Shown here in pieces: positions 1 through 10,647 of a DNA stretch of 64,000 bases. This stretch comes from Octopus bimaculoides. Its lineage: Eukaryota. The position numbers and the translations under genes are program-made. The DNA is taken from assembly GCF_001194135.2 (NCBI RefSeq), contig NC_068989.1, forward strand, positions 63,470,124-63,534,123, in the 5' to 3' direction. Under the pieces are notes generated by a model that saw only the letters and a list, made by a program, of their open reading frames with translations, had not been told where the DNA came from and made no database searches. Position 1 is the first letter of the stretch, and each line of letters starts with the position of its first letter.

Positions 1-37
1 ACAATGCCCATTAACTCTCTACCCACAAGACCACCAA

Positions 38-38
<1 letters not shown>

Positions 39-112
<74 letters not shown>

Positions 113-130
113 TCGTAATAATAATAATAA
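39..130. repeat. (AAT)n microsatellite, probably the (TTA)n tail of the adjacent minus-strand retroelement end
   Basis: About 30 AAT units with one short interruption near 107-117. Confidence 0.97.
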
Positions 131-340
131 TTAATTCGTTTTATTGGCCACAAGGGCTAATATCAATTAAAGACATATAAGGACAAAGACAGGACGAAGG
201 TTACAAAAGGTTTTGTCCGAAAAGGTAATGACAGCGGTTGGATGTGTCCTTCGATGCTCTAACCTATCAGCAGCCGAAGACACAAACACCCATACAATCC
301 ATCAGGATAACTGAAAAATAACTCTGAAAGACTGGAATAT
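125..340 (-). mobile_element. Probable 3' end of a non-LTR retrotransposon
   Basis: Minus strand reads ...GCCCTTGTGGCCAATAAAACGAATTAA(TTA)n: AATAAA (forward 140-145) just before a simple-repeat tail. Family not identified. Confidence 0.45.
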
Positions 341-820
341 CTACAATTTCCTCTGAATATTTAAAATTTTCCTCAAAATATGATACGAAACTTACATATC
401 TACAGTTTTCGAACACACAAACGATCAGCTTTAACAACTTTAATATCTACAACCTCTGTGAATACCTATCCTTTCCTTTCTCTCTGAGTATTCGAAAATG
501 TAAACATCTTTATTTTAAGAACAATACAGTTTTCTCTGTTCGGACATAGGAAAGATTATCTTTAGTTCATTCTAAAAAAAATTAATATCTGAAATTTTCT
601 GTGAAAATTTTACCCTCCTCTTCTTTCTTTTCCCTTCTCCCTGAGTATTCGAAAATGTAAACATCCCTATTTTTTGAAAAAAAAACACACTACAGTCTTC
701 TATTATCGGACATACAAATGAACATCTTGAGAAAATTTAAAAACCTAAATAGCTACAATTTTGTGTGAAAATTTCATCTTTCTTTTCTCCCTGATTACTC
801 GAATATGAAAACATACCTTT
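335..820. repeat. Degenerate tandem repeat, about 150-157 bp period, 3-4 units
   Basis: CTGAGTATTCGAAAATGTAAACATC is identical at 484-508 and 641-665; variant CTGATTACTCGAATATGAAAACATA at 791-815. Confidence 0.7.
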
Positions 821-1059
821 TATTGCAACAGCACAATTAAATGCACGATAAAACAAATTGAGGATGTAAGAACTTGCCAATATATACAAACTGCACAATT
901 ACCAAAACTGTAAACCACGGCAAAACTTATTAATATAAAGAAAAGAAATTTTTTTAAAATAAACATTCAGAAATTCAACAATTCAACAATGTGAACGTCA
1001 GTATATATATTTTTTTATATCATTAATTAAAATAGAACAAGGTGAATTGTTTCTTTTCA

Positions 1060-1450
1060 AGGCCAAGGTCAGTGCTCTCATTGACCGCTAGTAATAGTAA
1101 ACACATTTGACCTCTGCTGACCCCAAAGATATGAGGTCTCTTTTGTCCCCTTATCGCACTGGAATGCCCATTGCTGATCTCTTCACCGATTGCCGAATTT
1201 ATTTACAGACCTGTAGAATTTGGTCTATTCACCAAGCTGCTTCGCTTCCTCCTACTATTCGAACTAGATGAAGCACACTGGTAACTGTAGCAACACCGCT
1301 ATATACACGTCAGATTCCTTCTACCTGCCGTTCTTTTTCCCAAGCCTTCCTTCTTCCTCCCACGCATCTGAGCAACGACATTTTCCAAATACCGCTTTTT
1401 CCAAATGTCCTGAAGAAGCGGTTATAACCACAACATATAGAAATACAAGG
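1060..1450 (-). pseudogene. Possible highly decayed LINE ORF2 (post-RT region) remnant
   Basis: One stop-interrupted frame reads ...IDQILQVCK*IRQSVKRSAMGIPVR*GDKRDLISL..., loosely like the LD..IR..VK..L.LP..GGRGL segment of RLE-type LINEs. Weak. Confidence 0.25.
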
Positions 1451-2386
1451 TGAAACTGCGACTTTCTCTTGTCTTCTGTCTCTTTTCTTTATGTACTTTA
1501 CTTTGTACATTCTGCAATTGTTCCGACCTTACAAAGCAAATCTCTTTAAATTTATACCGGAAATGAAGGTGGCTAGATGCAATTTTAAAACAACAGAGAA
1601 ATAATTCACAAGTGAGGAAGGGTGCAGTGAGTATCGGCATCGCTAGAAATAAGAGCAAAATAGAGCACGTGTTATATATATATATATNNNNNNNNNNNNN
1701 NNNNNNNNNNNNNNNNNNNNNNNNNNNNNNNNNNNNNNNNNNNNNNNNNNNNNNNNNNNNNNNNNNNNNNNNNNNNNNNNNNNNNNNATATATATACGCA
1801 AGGAAATTGTTGATAGAGATTTCAGAGATTCAGCTTACCCTCATCTGACAGATGCATTGTTTGTGTTCTTGTTCGCTTTATATAGTCTTCGGCAAGTTGT
1901 TTAATTTGGAGAGATAATTGGACCTATGTAAATGATAATGGAATATCGTGTAGATAGGCCGTGGAAGTATGTAAGAAAAATGATAGGAAAGGATGCCATG
2001 AAAGTATGAGCTAGTAGAGCGTGGATTAATAGAGTTAAGCATAAGGTTAGCAATTTTAATAAAGGGGATTTTTCTGAATTACAGTTGCACCCATTACTTG
2101 CTTCAATCTTAATTTCATCAGCTGCTAAGAGATGGAAGGTAAACATATCTTCTCTGGATTTCAACTCAAGACGCATACAGCCGGAAGAATTAAGGCAAAA
2201 TACTTTATCTGACGTTCTACCAATTCCATTTAATCCATTGATTTACCACTTCAAGTAATACTGAAGCTAAACATTTCGCTTTCTTCAGTCTAAATGGCTA
2301 AATATTGCTGTTTCACATGTGTGTGTGTATCTCAGAGAGAGTCAACGATTTTATATGCATGTGTGGCTCAATATTATTGTGTTTAC

Positions 2387-2604
2387 AAGGCGGTGAACCG
2401 GTAGAAACGTTAGCACTCCGGGCGAAATGCTTACCGATATTTCGCCTGTCTTTACGTTCCGAATTCAAATTCCACCGAGCTCGACTTTGCCTTTCATCAT
2501 TTCCGGTTCGATAAATTGAGTACCAGTTGCATACTGGAGTCGATCTAATTAACAGGCCCAGTACCCAAAAATTGCGGGCCTTGTGCCTAGAGTAGCAAAG
2601 AATA
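2387..2604 (+). mobile_element. tRNA-derived SINE, family A (GACTTTGCCTTTCATC core), full length
   Basis: A-box-like GGTAGAAACGTTAG and B-box-like GAATTCAAATTCC; homologous copies at 32395-32558, 52231-52442, 59349-59470 and 59571-59768. Confidence 0.9.
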
Positions 2605-3063
2605 TCATTGTGTTTACTAGGTTGAGTACACATGAATGTACTAACAAGAATGTTTCTATATCGCTTATATTAGACAGTCACACACCTTGGCAGAATCAAG
2701 GTGTGTAACTGTACGTACCGTACCTGGACACGCGTCGGTGCTGATTCAGCTTGAGGTCGAGTGCTGAATTCCCTACCGATGCAACTGTGAGGAATTGCGT
2801 GAAGAACACAATTTTCTCTTCTTACCATTTTTTATAACAGCTAACGCCATAGATATATCTGTTTCATTGCCATATTTCACACCAATAGTGCTACATATTT
2901 TTGACTACGTTTTGCACAAGAGATTATTTTTTTTTTAAATACTCCTCTATGACATTTCAGTTAAATTGAAAAAAATAATATGTCTTAATTCTAGAAAATT
3001 ATTGAAGTCTGTTTCTCGTTCCGTCATAATTGCTTACAATGATATGTTAACAATTTTCAAATC

Positions 3064-3418
3064 GGTGGAGGTGCAATGTCCCAGGGGTTAGGATTACGGT
3101 TTCGATTCCCAGACCGGGCGCTGAGAGTGTTTATTGAGCGAAAATACCTAAAGCTTCACGAGGCTCCTGCAGGGGGAGGTAGCCAACCCTGCTGTACTCT
3201 TCCACCACAACTTTCTCTCATTCTTACTTCCTGTTTCTGTTGTGCCTGTAATTCAAAGGGTCAGCCTTGTCACAGTGTCACACTGAATATCCCCGAGAAC
3301 TACGTTAAGGGTACACTTGTCTGTGGAGTGCTCAGCCATTTGCACGTTAATTTCACGAGCAGGCTGTTCCGTTGATCGGATCAATTGGAACTCTCGACGT
3401 CGTAAGCGACGGAGTGCC
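3064..3418 (+). mobile_element. tRNA-derived SINE, family C, with 15-bp target-site duplication
   Basis: Homologous to 34076-34461 (-); flanked by identical AACAATTTTCAAATC at 3049-3063 and 3419-3433; B box GGTTTCGATTCCC. Confidence 0.93.
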
Positions 3419-4085
3419 AACAATTTTCAAATCAACTGAAGAGTAACAAGTATTTTTAATTCTTTGAATTATAAATTTTCTAAATATCAACAGCCGTCCT
3501 AGGCACACATTGCAACGCGAAGTTTGAAATTACTGCTTTATATTTGCATACACTAATCAGCAACATGAAACAGCAACGGGAAATTGCTTTTCTTCCTCCA
3601 TATATTGGGTTTCATGCATTGAAATTAAAATCTGTTAATGCTAATTGGTTGTGGCATTGTACAATAATTCGAACGAACATTAATCTAATGTTGTCTTTAT
3701 TTCTGGTTTATCGAATGAGATAGGGGAATCAAATTTATCATGGAAAGTTGAGTTAAACATCAATAGAGTCTTATTTGGACTGGAAAAATCATGGAATTTA
3801 TTCGATAAAACTGGTAAACAGTAAAGATTTTGGCGTGATGTTCATGTATGAGTTCTATGAGTTTAATTGTCGTAACGAGAGAAAAACTGACATTTCCTAA
3901 CCAAAAGGTTAGTTAGTTTGTTCTTCACGTCAACTAAAATTATCAAACTCGTCTATGACATTATCTGCAGTTTATGATGTGGAGAATTTACGTGGGACTC
4001 CATGTATAGCATCCGGGTTATCTAAGTAATATATTTCTCTTCATCTATATATCCATCTCTCTCATTCCCCCTCTCCTTTCTCACT

Positions 4086-4088
<3 letters not shown>

Positions 4089-4160
<72 letters not shown>
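4089..4160. repeat. Compound (TA)n-(GA)n microsatellite
   Basis: Direct reading. Similar compound (TA)n/(TG)n/(CA)n/(TATG)n/(TAGA)n tracts recur throughout the window (e.g. 5054-5130, 6560-6660, 37617-37820, 47800-47935). Confidence 0.97.
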
Positions 4161-4163
<3 letters not shown>

Positions 4164-5050
4164 ATCTGTAATAGTGATATCCAAGGATTAAGGTGCAGGA
4201 TGTTAGGATACAATTCAATAACGATTGAAGAAATTTTACATGTTAGTTTTCAGAATCATCAGTGACAATCGAAGAAAACTTTTGACTAAACCGGCTACAT
4301 ATGAATGTATGTGATCGCGCGTGTGTGCGCATTCATATGTGCGTAAATTATACTCCGTGAGACAAGCAAGCTTATATTTGACCAAGTTACAACTCAGCGG
4401 TATCGAAATCAGAATTTATTCACTGCAGGGGGAATTTTCTAACCATCTGTATAGACTATGCCTACACACAGATCGCATACGCATACATATATTACATTTT
4501 GTAACAACTGTATTTCTCACTTTATACACCTATATGTGTGTGTTTGTGAGTACGTTCGTCCATGTGTCTCTATGTATGTTTGTAAATGTGTGTGAAATAC
4601 CATTCTTACAACGTATATAATACCACGTTTTCCGCTTGTCGTAAAAGAAATTAATGGAGTAGTGAGGCGAAAGATTTAGATAAAATATGAATATTTTTAA
4701 AAATACAAAAGACAATGTTTTGTATGTGTGTGTGTTCTTTTTTTATACAGAAACAATGGAAGATTAGAAGATTTAATTTATAGATCTTTCAACAAGAAGA
4801 AAATAAAGAACCATTGTCTCTGCTTTTTGAAATAAATTAAAGTGTTTATCAAATTTAGATTCTAAAGTGGTGATTTATCAAGTGTAAATTTAAACTCTCT
4901 TCATTAATCTAGAATAATTATTTTCAAAGTAAACGAATAGAAATATATTGCTGTTTATTTATGTATACATGCTTGTGAGTGCGTTTGTTTGTATGCATGA
5001 ATGTCTGCATATATGTATTTCCCCACCATACGCACACATCTTTAAGTATA

Positions 5051-5138
<88 letters not shown>

Positions 5139-5599
5139 AAACATACAAATACATATATACGTATGTACGTATGTATATATTTATTTATTTGTATGTATAT
5201 ATGTATGTATGATTGTGAATATATTTATGAATTACATATGCATACTTACACACATAGAAAAGCACAAGTATATGCATATTATTGGAAAGAACGGTGTTTT
5301 ATTTGCCCTTAATTGATATAATTGAAACGAGATTTTATGTTCCTTCACTATTAATAAAATAATCTCATCTATTTGGCCAAGTGTTGATCCTTCGGATGTA
5401 ACATTATTTTGTTTAAACTCTTCACTTCTAACTAATTTCGCAATGAAAAAATAATAGTCAGAGAGAGCAGGAGAGTAAGGAGTATTCTATACTTCGTGCC
5501 ATAATTATTTCCTGTCGTGCGCAATATGTTGTCTTACTGCATCATTGAACTGTAACACACATTTACAATTGACCAATGATAAACACTTTTCTGTATTTT

Positions 5600-6113
5600 C
5601 TGTAAGCTGCGCACACCTTCCAAATGACAATAACCTTCTGTATTAAGGTTTTAATTTTGATTTAAAATTTCATGATTTATGGCACTTTTTACATCTCCTT
5701 AAACATAGAGCCTACTTTTCCGTTATAGTCCTGGTTTGGGAATTGTTCTTCGTCTTCCAGTGGGTGCTAAGTATTGTTGTTCTTTTCATTGGATATGATT
5801 ACTTAGAACCAACATTTCATCACGTGTCATGCTTCTGACAGGAAAATATTTGGAAGCACGTCTCCTTTTCAATGCTGAGACAAAGGCAACGCTTTGATTA
5901 AGCAATGAAACAGTCGCATGATGAGGGATCCACCAACTAATTTTAGACATTTTTTGTGTGAGTTGGAATTAACTGATTTGCTAATTCTTCTGCCATTCGT
6001 TTTGGATTTTTCACAACTACGGTTTTCAGAAGCTGACCATTGACAGATATTCGTCGACCAAATACGAAGGAAGCTGTGAGAGAAACATTTTCCAAGCCAA
6101 ACTGGTTAGACCA
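5600..6113 (-). mobile_element. Highly decayed mariner transposase fragment
   Basis: Minus-strand frames give KMSKISWWIPHH (WVPHEL motif) and RTIPKPGL*RKSRLYV (PKPGLHPKKVMLCV motif) in mariner order, with stops and frameshifts. Confidence 0.65.
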
Positions 6114-6606
6114 TCACTGGCATATCCGGACACTTATTGCTCGATTTCCTTACAGAAACTCAATAATTCATTCTGAAACCGTTCCCGAAGAGATTATTTG
6201 TATTTATAAAGCATGCAGTGCCCGATATGAGTCTTCTCTAAACCAATTTTAAAAGAAAGCATAACATCGATACGAATTTTACTACTGTAGCATAAAGTAA
6301 ACTACAAAGAAAAATACAGATATTATAATGCAAAATTAGTGCTGATTCTGCTGAAATTATAGTAAAGGTCCGCTCGAAGCAATTATGCCAAATATACGAC
6401 AGAACCTTTCAATCGGATATAATATGTGCGAATGTATGTATGTGTATATTCATACATATACACAGGTATATATACATATATATGTTTGTGTGTGTCCTCA
6501 CGTACCACCTCACCTTTTTGTGAATTCTCCCTATATATGTGTATATATATATGCATGTATACACACACACACACACATATATATGTATATATATATATAT
6601 ATGTGT

Positions 6607-6660
<54 letters not shown>

Positions 6661-6764
6661 TAATAGTAATGGTATGACAACAAAAGAATGAATTTGACCT
6701 CGATATTATGTAAATAGAGGAATTTAACTGTAATATAATATATGACAATTATTCGGTTGCCATA

Positions 6765-6823
6765 ATAAAACTCCGAGTTTCGGATGTCGGGGTGGAAATC
6801 TGCTCTAGCATCTTGTCAGTTAT
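6765..6823 (-). ncRNA. Decayed type I hammerhead-like ribozyme motif
   Basis: Minus strand: ATAA-CTGACAA-GATG...CATC(C)-GAAA-CTCGGAG-TT-TTAT. Stems I, II and III pair; core G8 is A (CpG-type change). Confidence 0.5.
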
Positions 6824-7311
6824 GAGGGCAATCAAAAATGCTATGAAATGACCGTTAATCAAAGGGAAGTTAATATGTTAATGACCGTTATTAAGACAAA
6901 AGAGCGATTATAATGACCGTTAAATAAGGGGAAAAGGCCGAAGGGGAGAAAGTAGAAAGTAAAATGTAAAGAAGCTCATAGAAATCGCGCATGCGCGCAT
7001 GTACATACATACACATGCCTGCAGGCACACCCACCTACATGAACCTATATGCATATGCTCATTCGCACTCGCGAGAAACACATAATGCACACCCACACAT
7101 ATGCCTATATATGCACATATATATATATATATGCAGCCGTTCATGTACACATATAAATATCCGCACACACGAGTGCACACGCACACACACGTGCATATAC
7201 CCATACGCGCGTATGGGTATGTGCACGTGTGTGTATAACTTTATCATGAAGTACGTTTTAGTACGGTTTTCATTCTTTGCGACCATATTTTTCAAATACA
7301 AGAGACATTTT

Positions 7312-7380
<69 letters not shown>

Positions 7381-7516
7381 TTTTTCTTTTATTCTTGTGA
7401 AGGCTTCGTAGTAGGCAGCAGGTAGTTGCAGTACTAAAAGAATATTTGATAGGAGGAATATGTGCTCTTGGTTTTCATTGTTTAAGCAGCAGTAGTCGAG
7501 GAAGGAGGGAAGAGGC

Positions 7517-7612
7517 GAAGAAGAAGAAGAAGAAGAAGAAGAAGAAGAAGAAGAAGAAGAAGAAGAAGAAGAAGAAGAAGAAGAAGAAGAAGAAGAAGAA
7601 GAAGAAGAAGAA
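7517..7612. repeat. (AAG)n microsatellite
   Basis: About 32 perfect units; mirror image of (TTC)n at 8195-8302. Confidence 0.98.
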
Positions 7613-8191
7613 TACGGGAGTGGTATGACAGTCGTAAGATGTTGGTGGGATCCTTTGAAATGGTCAAGTATCCTAAAAGTGACCGGATGTGGTTTTAATA
7701 GTAATGATTAGAATTGTTCTGAATAAATTCATGGGTAGTGACTGTTATGAATATATCGTTTTTAATATTTGCGTGAGTATTATTCTAAGGCCCTTGTAGT
7801 AGTGTCATTTGTGGTAGACATAATGAAAAGGGGCATATACTTTGTGGTAAAACATGACTCTCTCTGAATGCGATCATTATAGTTTGCATCGTCCCTGAAT
7901 TTATTGTGGGATAAGATTCAGGAGTTGGGTTTTTCGTTAGTGCTCGCTGAATGCTATTTTTCTTTAATCCCGAATTTTGATCTGAACTCTATATTGAGTC
8001 ATCCTTTTACTTAGACTGCTTCTAGTTTGGCCAATGTTTTGCTCTCGACACCCTGAGCAAGTTAATACATACATATGGTTTTCCGAACAATTCCAATCAT
8101 TAATATTACAATCACAACAGGTCACTTTTAGGTCACTTGACCATTTAAGAGGATTCCACAGTCATCCTTCTACTGTCATATCACTCCCATA
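7613..8191 (-). mobile_element. 5'-truncated Penelope-like element: GIY-YIG endonuclease remnant between inverted terminal repeats
   Basis: Minus 8060-7822 translates CSGCREQNIGQTRSSLSKRMTQYRVQI...SEH and DRIQRESCFTTKYMPL (C..C..YIGQT..L..R..H and RE..FI.K..P.LN motifs); about 110-bp inverted arms at 7613-7723 and 8081-8191. Confidence 0.8.
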
Positions 8192-8194
8192 ATT

Positions 8195-8302
8195 TTCTTC
8201 TTCTTCTTCTTCTTCTTCTTCTTCTTCTTCTTCTTCTTCTTCTTCTTCTTCTTCTTCTTCTTCTTCTTCTTCTTCTTCTTCTTCTTCTTCTTCTTCTTCT
8301 TC
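8195..8302. repeat. (TTC)n microsatellite running into a gap
   Basis: Perfect TTC units up to the N run at 8303. Confidence 0.98.
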
Positions 8303-8923
8303 NNNNNNNNNNNNNNNNNNNNNNNNNNNNNNNNNNNNNNNNNNNNNNNNNNNNNNNNNNNNNNNNNNNNNNNNNNNNNNNNNNNNNNNNNNNNNNNNNN
8401 NNNNNNNNNNNNNNNNNNNNNNNNNNNNNNNNNNNNNNNNNNNNNNNNNNNNNNNNNNNNNNNNNNNNNNNNNNNNNNNNNNNNNNNNNNNNNNNNNNNN
8501 NNNNNNNNNNNNNNNNNNNNNNNNNNNNNNNNNNNNNNNNNNNNNNNNNNNNNNNNNNNNNNNNNNNNNNNNNNNNNNNNNNNNNNNNNNNNNNNNNNNN
8601 NNNNNNNNNNNNNNNNNNNNNNNNNNNNNNNNNNNNNNNNNNNNNNNNNNNNNNNNNNNNNNNNNNNNNNNNNNNNNNNNNNNNNNNNNNNNNNNNNNNN
8701 NNNNNNNNNNNNNNNNNNNNNNNNNNNNNNNNNNNNNNNNNNNNNNNNNNNNNNNNNNNNNNNNNNNNNNNNNNNNNNNNNNNNNNNNNNNNNNNNNNNN
8801 NNNNNNNNNNNNNNNNNNNNNNNNNNNNNNNNNNNNNNNNNNNNNNNNNNNNNNNNNNNNNNGAGGGAGAAAGCAAGGGAGAAATGAATATAGGAATAAA
8901 AGAGGATTTTGTTACAGTTGCTG

Positions 8924-9000
<77 letters not shown>
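8924..9000. repeat. (TAGA)n microsatellite
   Basis: About 19 units. Confidence 0.97.
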
Positions 9001-9035
9001 GTACTGAACACCCCAGACAAATTATTCAATATATA

Positions 9036-9292
9036 TCATGTGATCATATGACCCACAAGGATATCACATGCTGTTACACATTGCTTATCACAATGCGCGT
9101 TTGCTTTGCTTTAACCATCAAATAAAGCCACTCAGCTGGGTACACGAGCAGGCCAACATTCCTCCTGATTGAAGGGGGACATGAGCAATGTTAAATGAAG
9201 TCTTTTGCTCAAGTACACAACGTACCGCCCAGTGAGGGAATTGAAACCTCGATTTGGCGATCGTGAGTGCAACAGCTTAAACTAGGATGCGC
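9036..9292 (-). mobile_element. Decayed tRNA-derived SINE, family D (TTGTG.CTTGAGCAA.ACAC-type core)
   Basis: Minus strand has GGTTTCAATTCCC followed by GTTGTGTACTTGAGCAAAAGAC; related copies at 35392-35620 and 51932-52130. Confidence 0.7.
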
Positions 9293-9789
9293 AACTTTAA
9301 CCTGTATATATCTAGTTTACGCATAAATTTGAAGTGAAAATTTAAGCAATATTGCGATTTTAGGCATTAGAGTGGCACTTCATCAGACTTGCATCAAAGG
9401 TAGGTTTTCACATTTTAGGTTAACTATTCAGACAAAGTGAAAGTGAAACCCGGTCGAAGAGGAGTGCGCCGCAGTGAGCATGGCGAGGGCAATAACCTCT
9501 TGCACGGGCATGCCGACATTTTGGTTGGTAGGCAATGGTCAGTAATGATGGCACTCATTTTCGCGTTGACAACCATCATATATATATAATATTATTTATA
9601 TTATTATATGACTGAACCCCACTCATCCATTTTCAAGTAAGTGTTATCTTTATAATTCCGATGCGCACTCTATCCCTCTCTATTTTTTCTATCTATCTCT
9701 CTCTCTTGTTCTTCTTCCTTTCTGTTTTTCTATCCTACCCTCTGCCTATTCTTCTTCTCTCCCTTTCCCTGTTCCCCTCTCTCTCCTCC

Positions 9790-10258
9790 TCCTCCTTGAC
9801 TCTCTCGTTGCTCACACGTGACCATCAGATATCTATCTTTCATTTTTCAACTTCCTAAAGACAAGACGTGCTTTTACCTATCTCTTCTCAAAGTTGGTTT
9901 TTTCAGCGTTAACCACTTTACATCGTCTTGGCTTAACAGTCCTCACCGTTTGTGTTTACTGTTTTCTTCTTACTGTCCTGTTTTTGTTACCACTTTAACC
10001 CTCCGCAAAAAATGCCAAATTTTATTTAATTTGCTTTGCGGGGAGGACTGTTTTAATGAAGTCATGTCTTGTCCATGCCTTGGAAACGCGGATTAGATAA
10101 AACAGGGGACAACTGATGAAGGTAATGTTCTTTATGTTGCCTGCCTCGTTTCTCTATTTGTTTCTTTCGTCGTTCGAACAATGTTCGTTTTCTATGTATT
10201 TGTCTTTTATGTTCTCATTTCTCATTTTGTTAATGTTATTTTGATGTCCTGTACCCAT
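9790..10258 (+). mobile_element. ~470-bp non-coding interspersed repeat, copy 1 (possibly PLE terminal-repeat derived)
   Basis: Colinear with the reverse complement of 15514-15985; bounded by (CT)-rich and (TA)-rich simple repeats; contains hammerhead core motifs. PLE origin is inferred. Confidence 0.85.
10063..10124 (+). ncRNA. Candidate non-circularly permuted hammerhead ribozyme, copy 1
   Basis: CATGTC-TTGTCC (10063-10074), TGCCT-TG-GAAA-CGCG (10076-10090), GGACAA-CTGATGA-AGGTA (10107-10124). Stem I 6/6, stem II 5/5, stem III 4/5 pairs. Confidence 0.55.
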
Positions 10259-10344
10259 ATATGCATGCATATATACATATATATGTAGGTATGTACATAT
10301 ATGTATGAGTATATGTTTATATTTATATATTATTTATTTATATA

Positions 10345-10389
<45 letters not shown>

Positions 10390-10397
10390 AATAATGG

Positions 10398-10647
10398 CTT
10401 AGACAAATAGTCTAGAAGCCCAATATGTTAAGAGCAAATACACACTTACCATCAGGTTACAGGATCGAGAGTATATACGGTTATTGTATCCCTCAGTTGA
10501 TTACTATAACCGCCCAATGTAAACAGAGTTAGCAGTTATAGTAATCGACTAAGGGATTAAATAACCGTATATATTATCCATCTTGTAGCCTGGTGGTAAA
10601 TAATTATTTGTTCTTAACATATTGGGCTTCTAGACTATTTGTCTAAG
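10398..10647. repeat. 250-bp fold-back (MITE-like) element
   Basis: 113-bp arms at 10398-10510 and 10535-10647 around a 24-nt loop; the outer 43 bp have a single mismatch. Confidence 0.92.

Noticed and set aside
1238-1261. Minus-strand RIVGGSEA, resembling a trypsin-family activation motif
   Set aside because: A stop follows within three codons, there is no downstream His/Asp/Ser motif or splice signal, and it lies in a probable LINE remnant.
9350-9397. Minus-strand CTGATGAAG followed by near-palindromic ATCGCAAT
   Set aside because: Stem II does not pair, G12 is absent and the stem I register is off by two.
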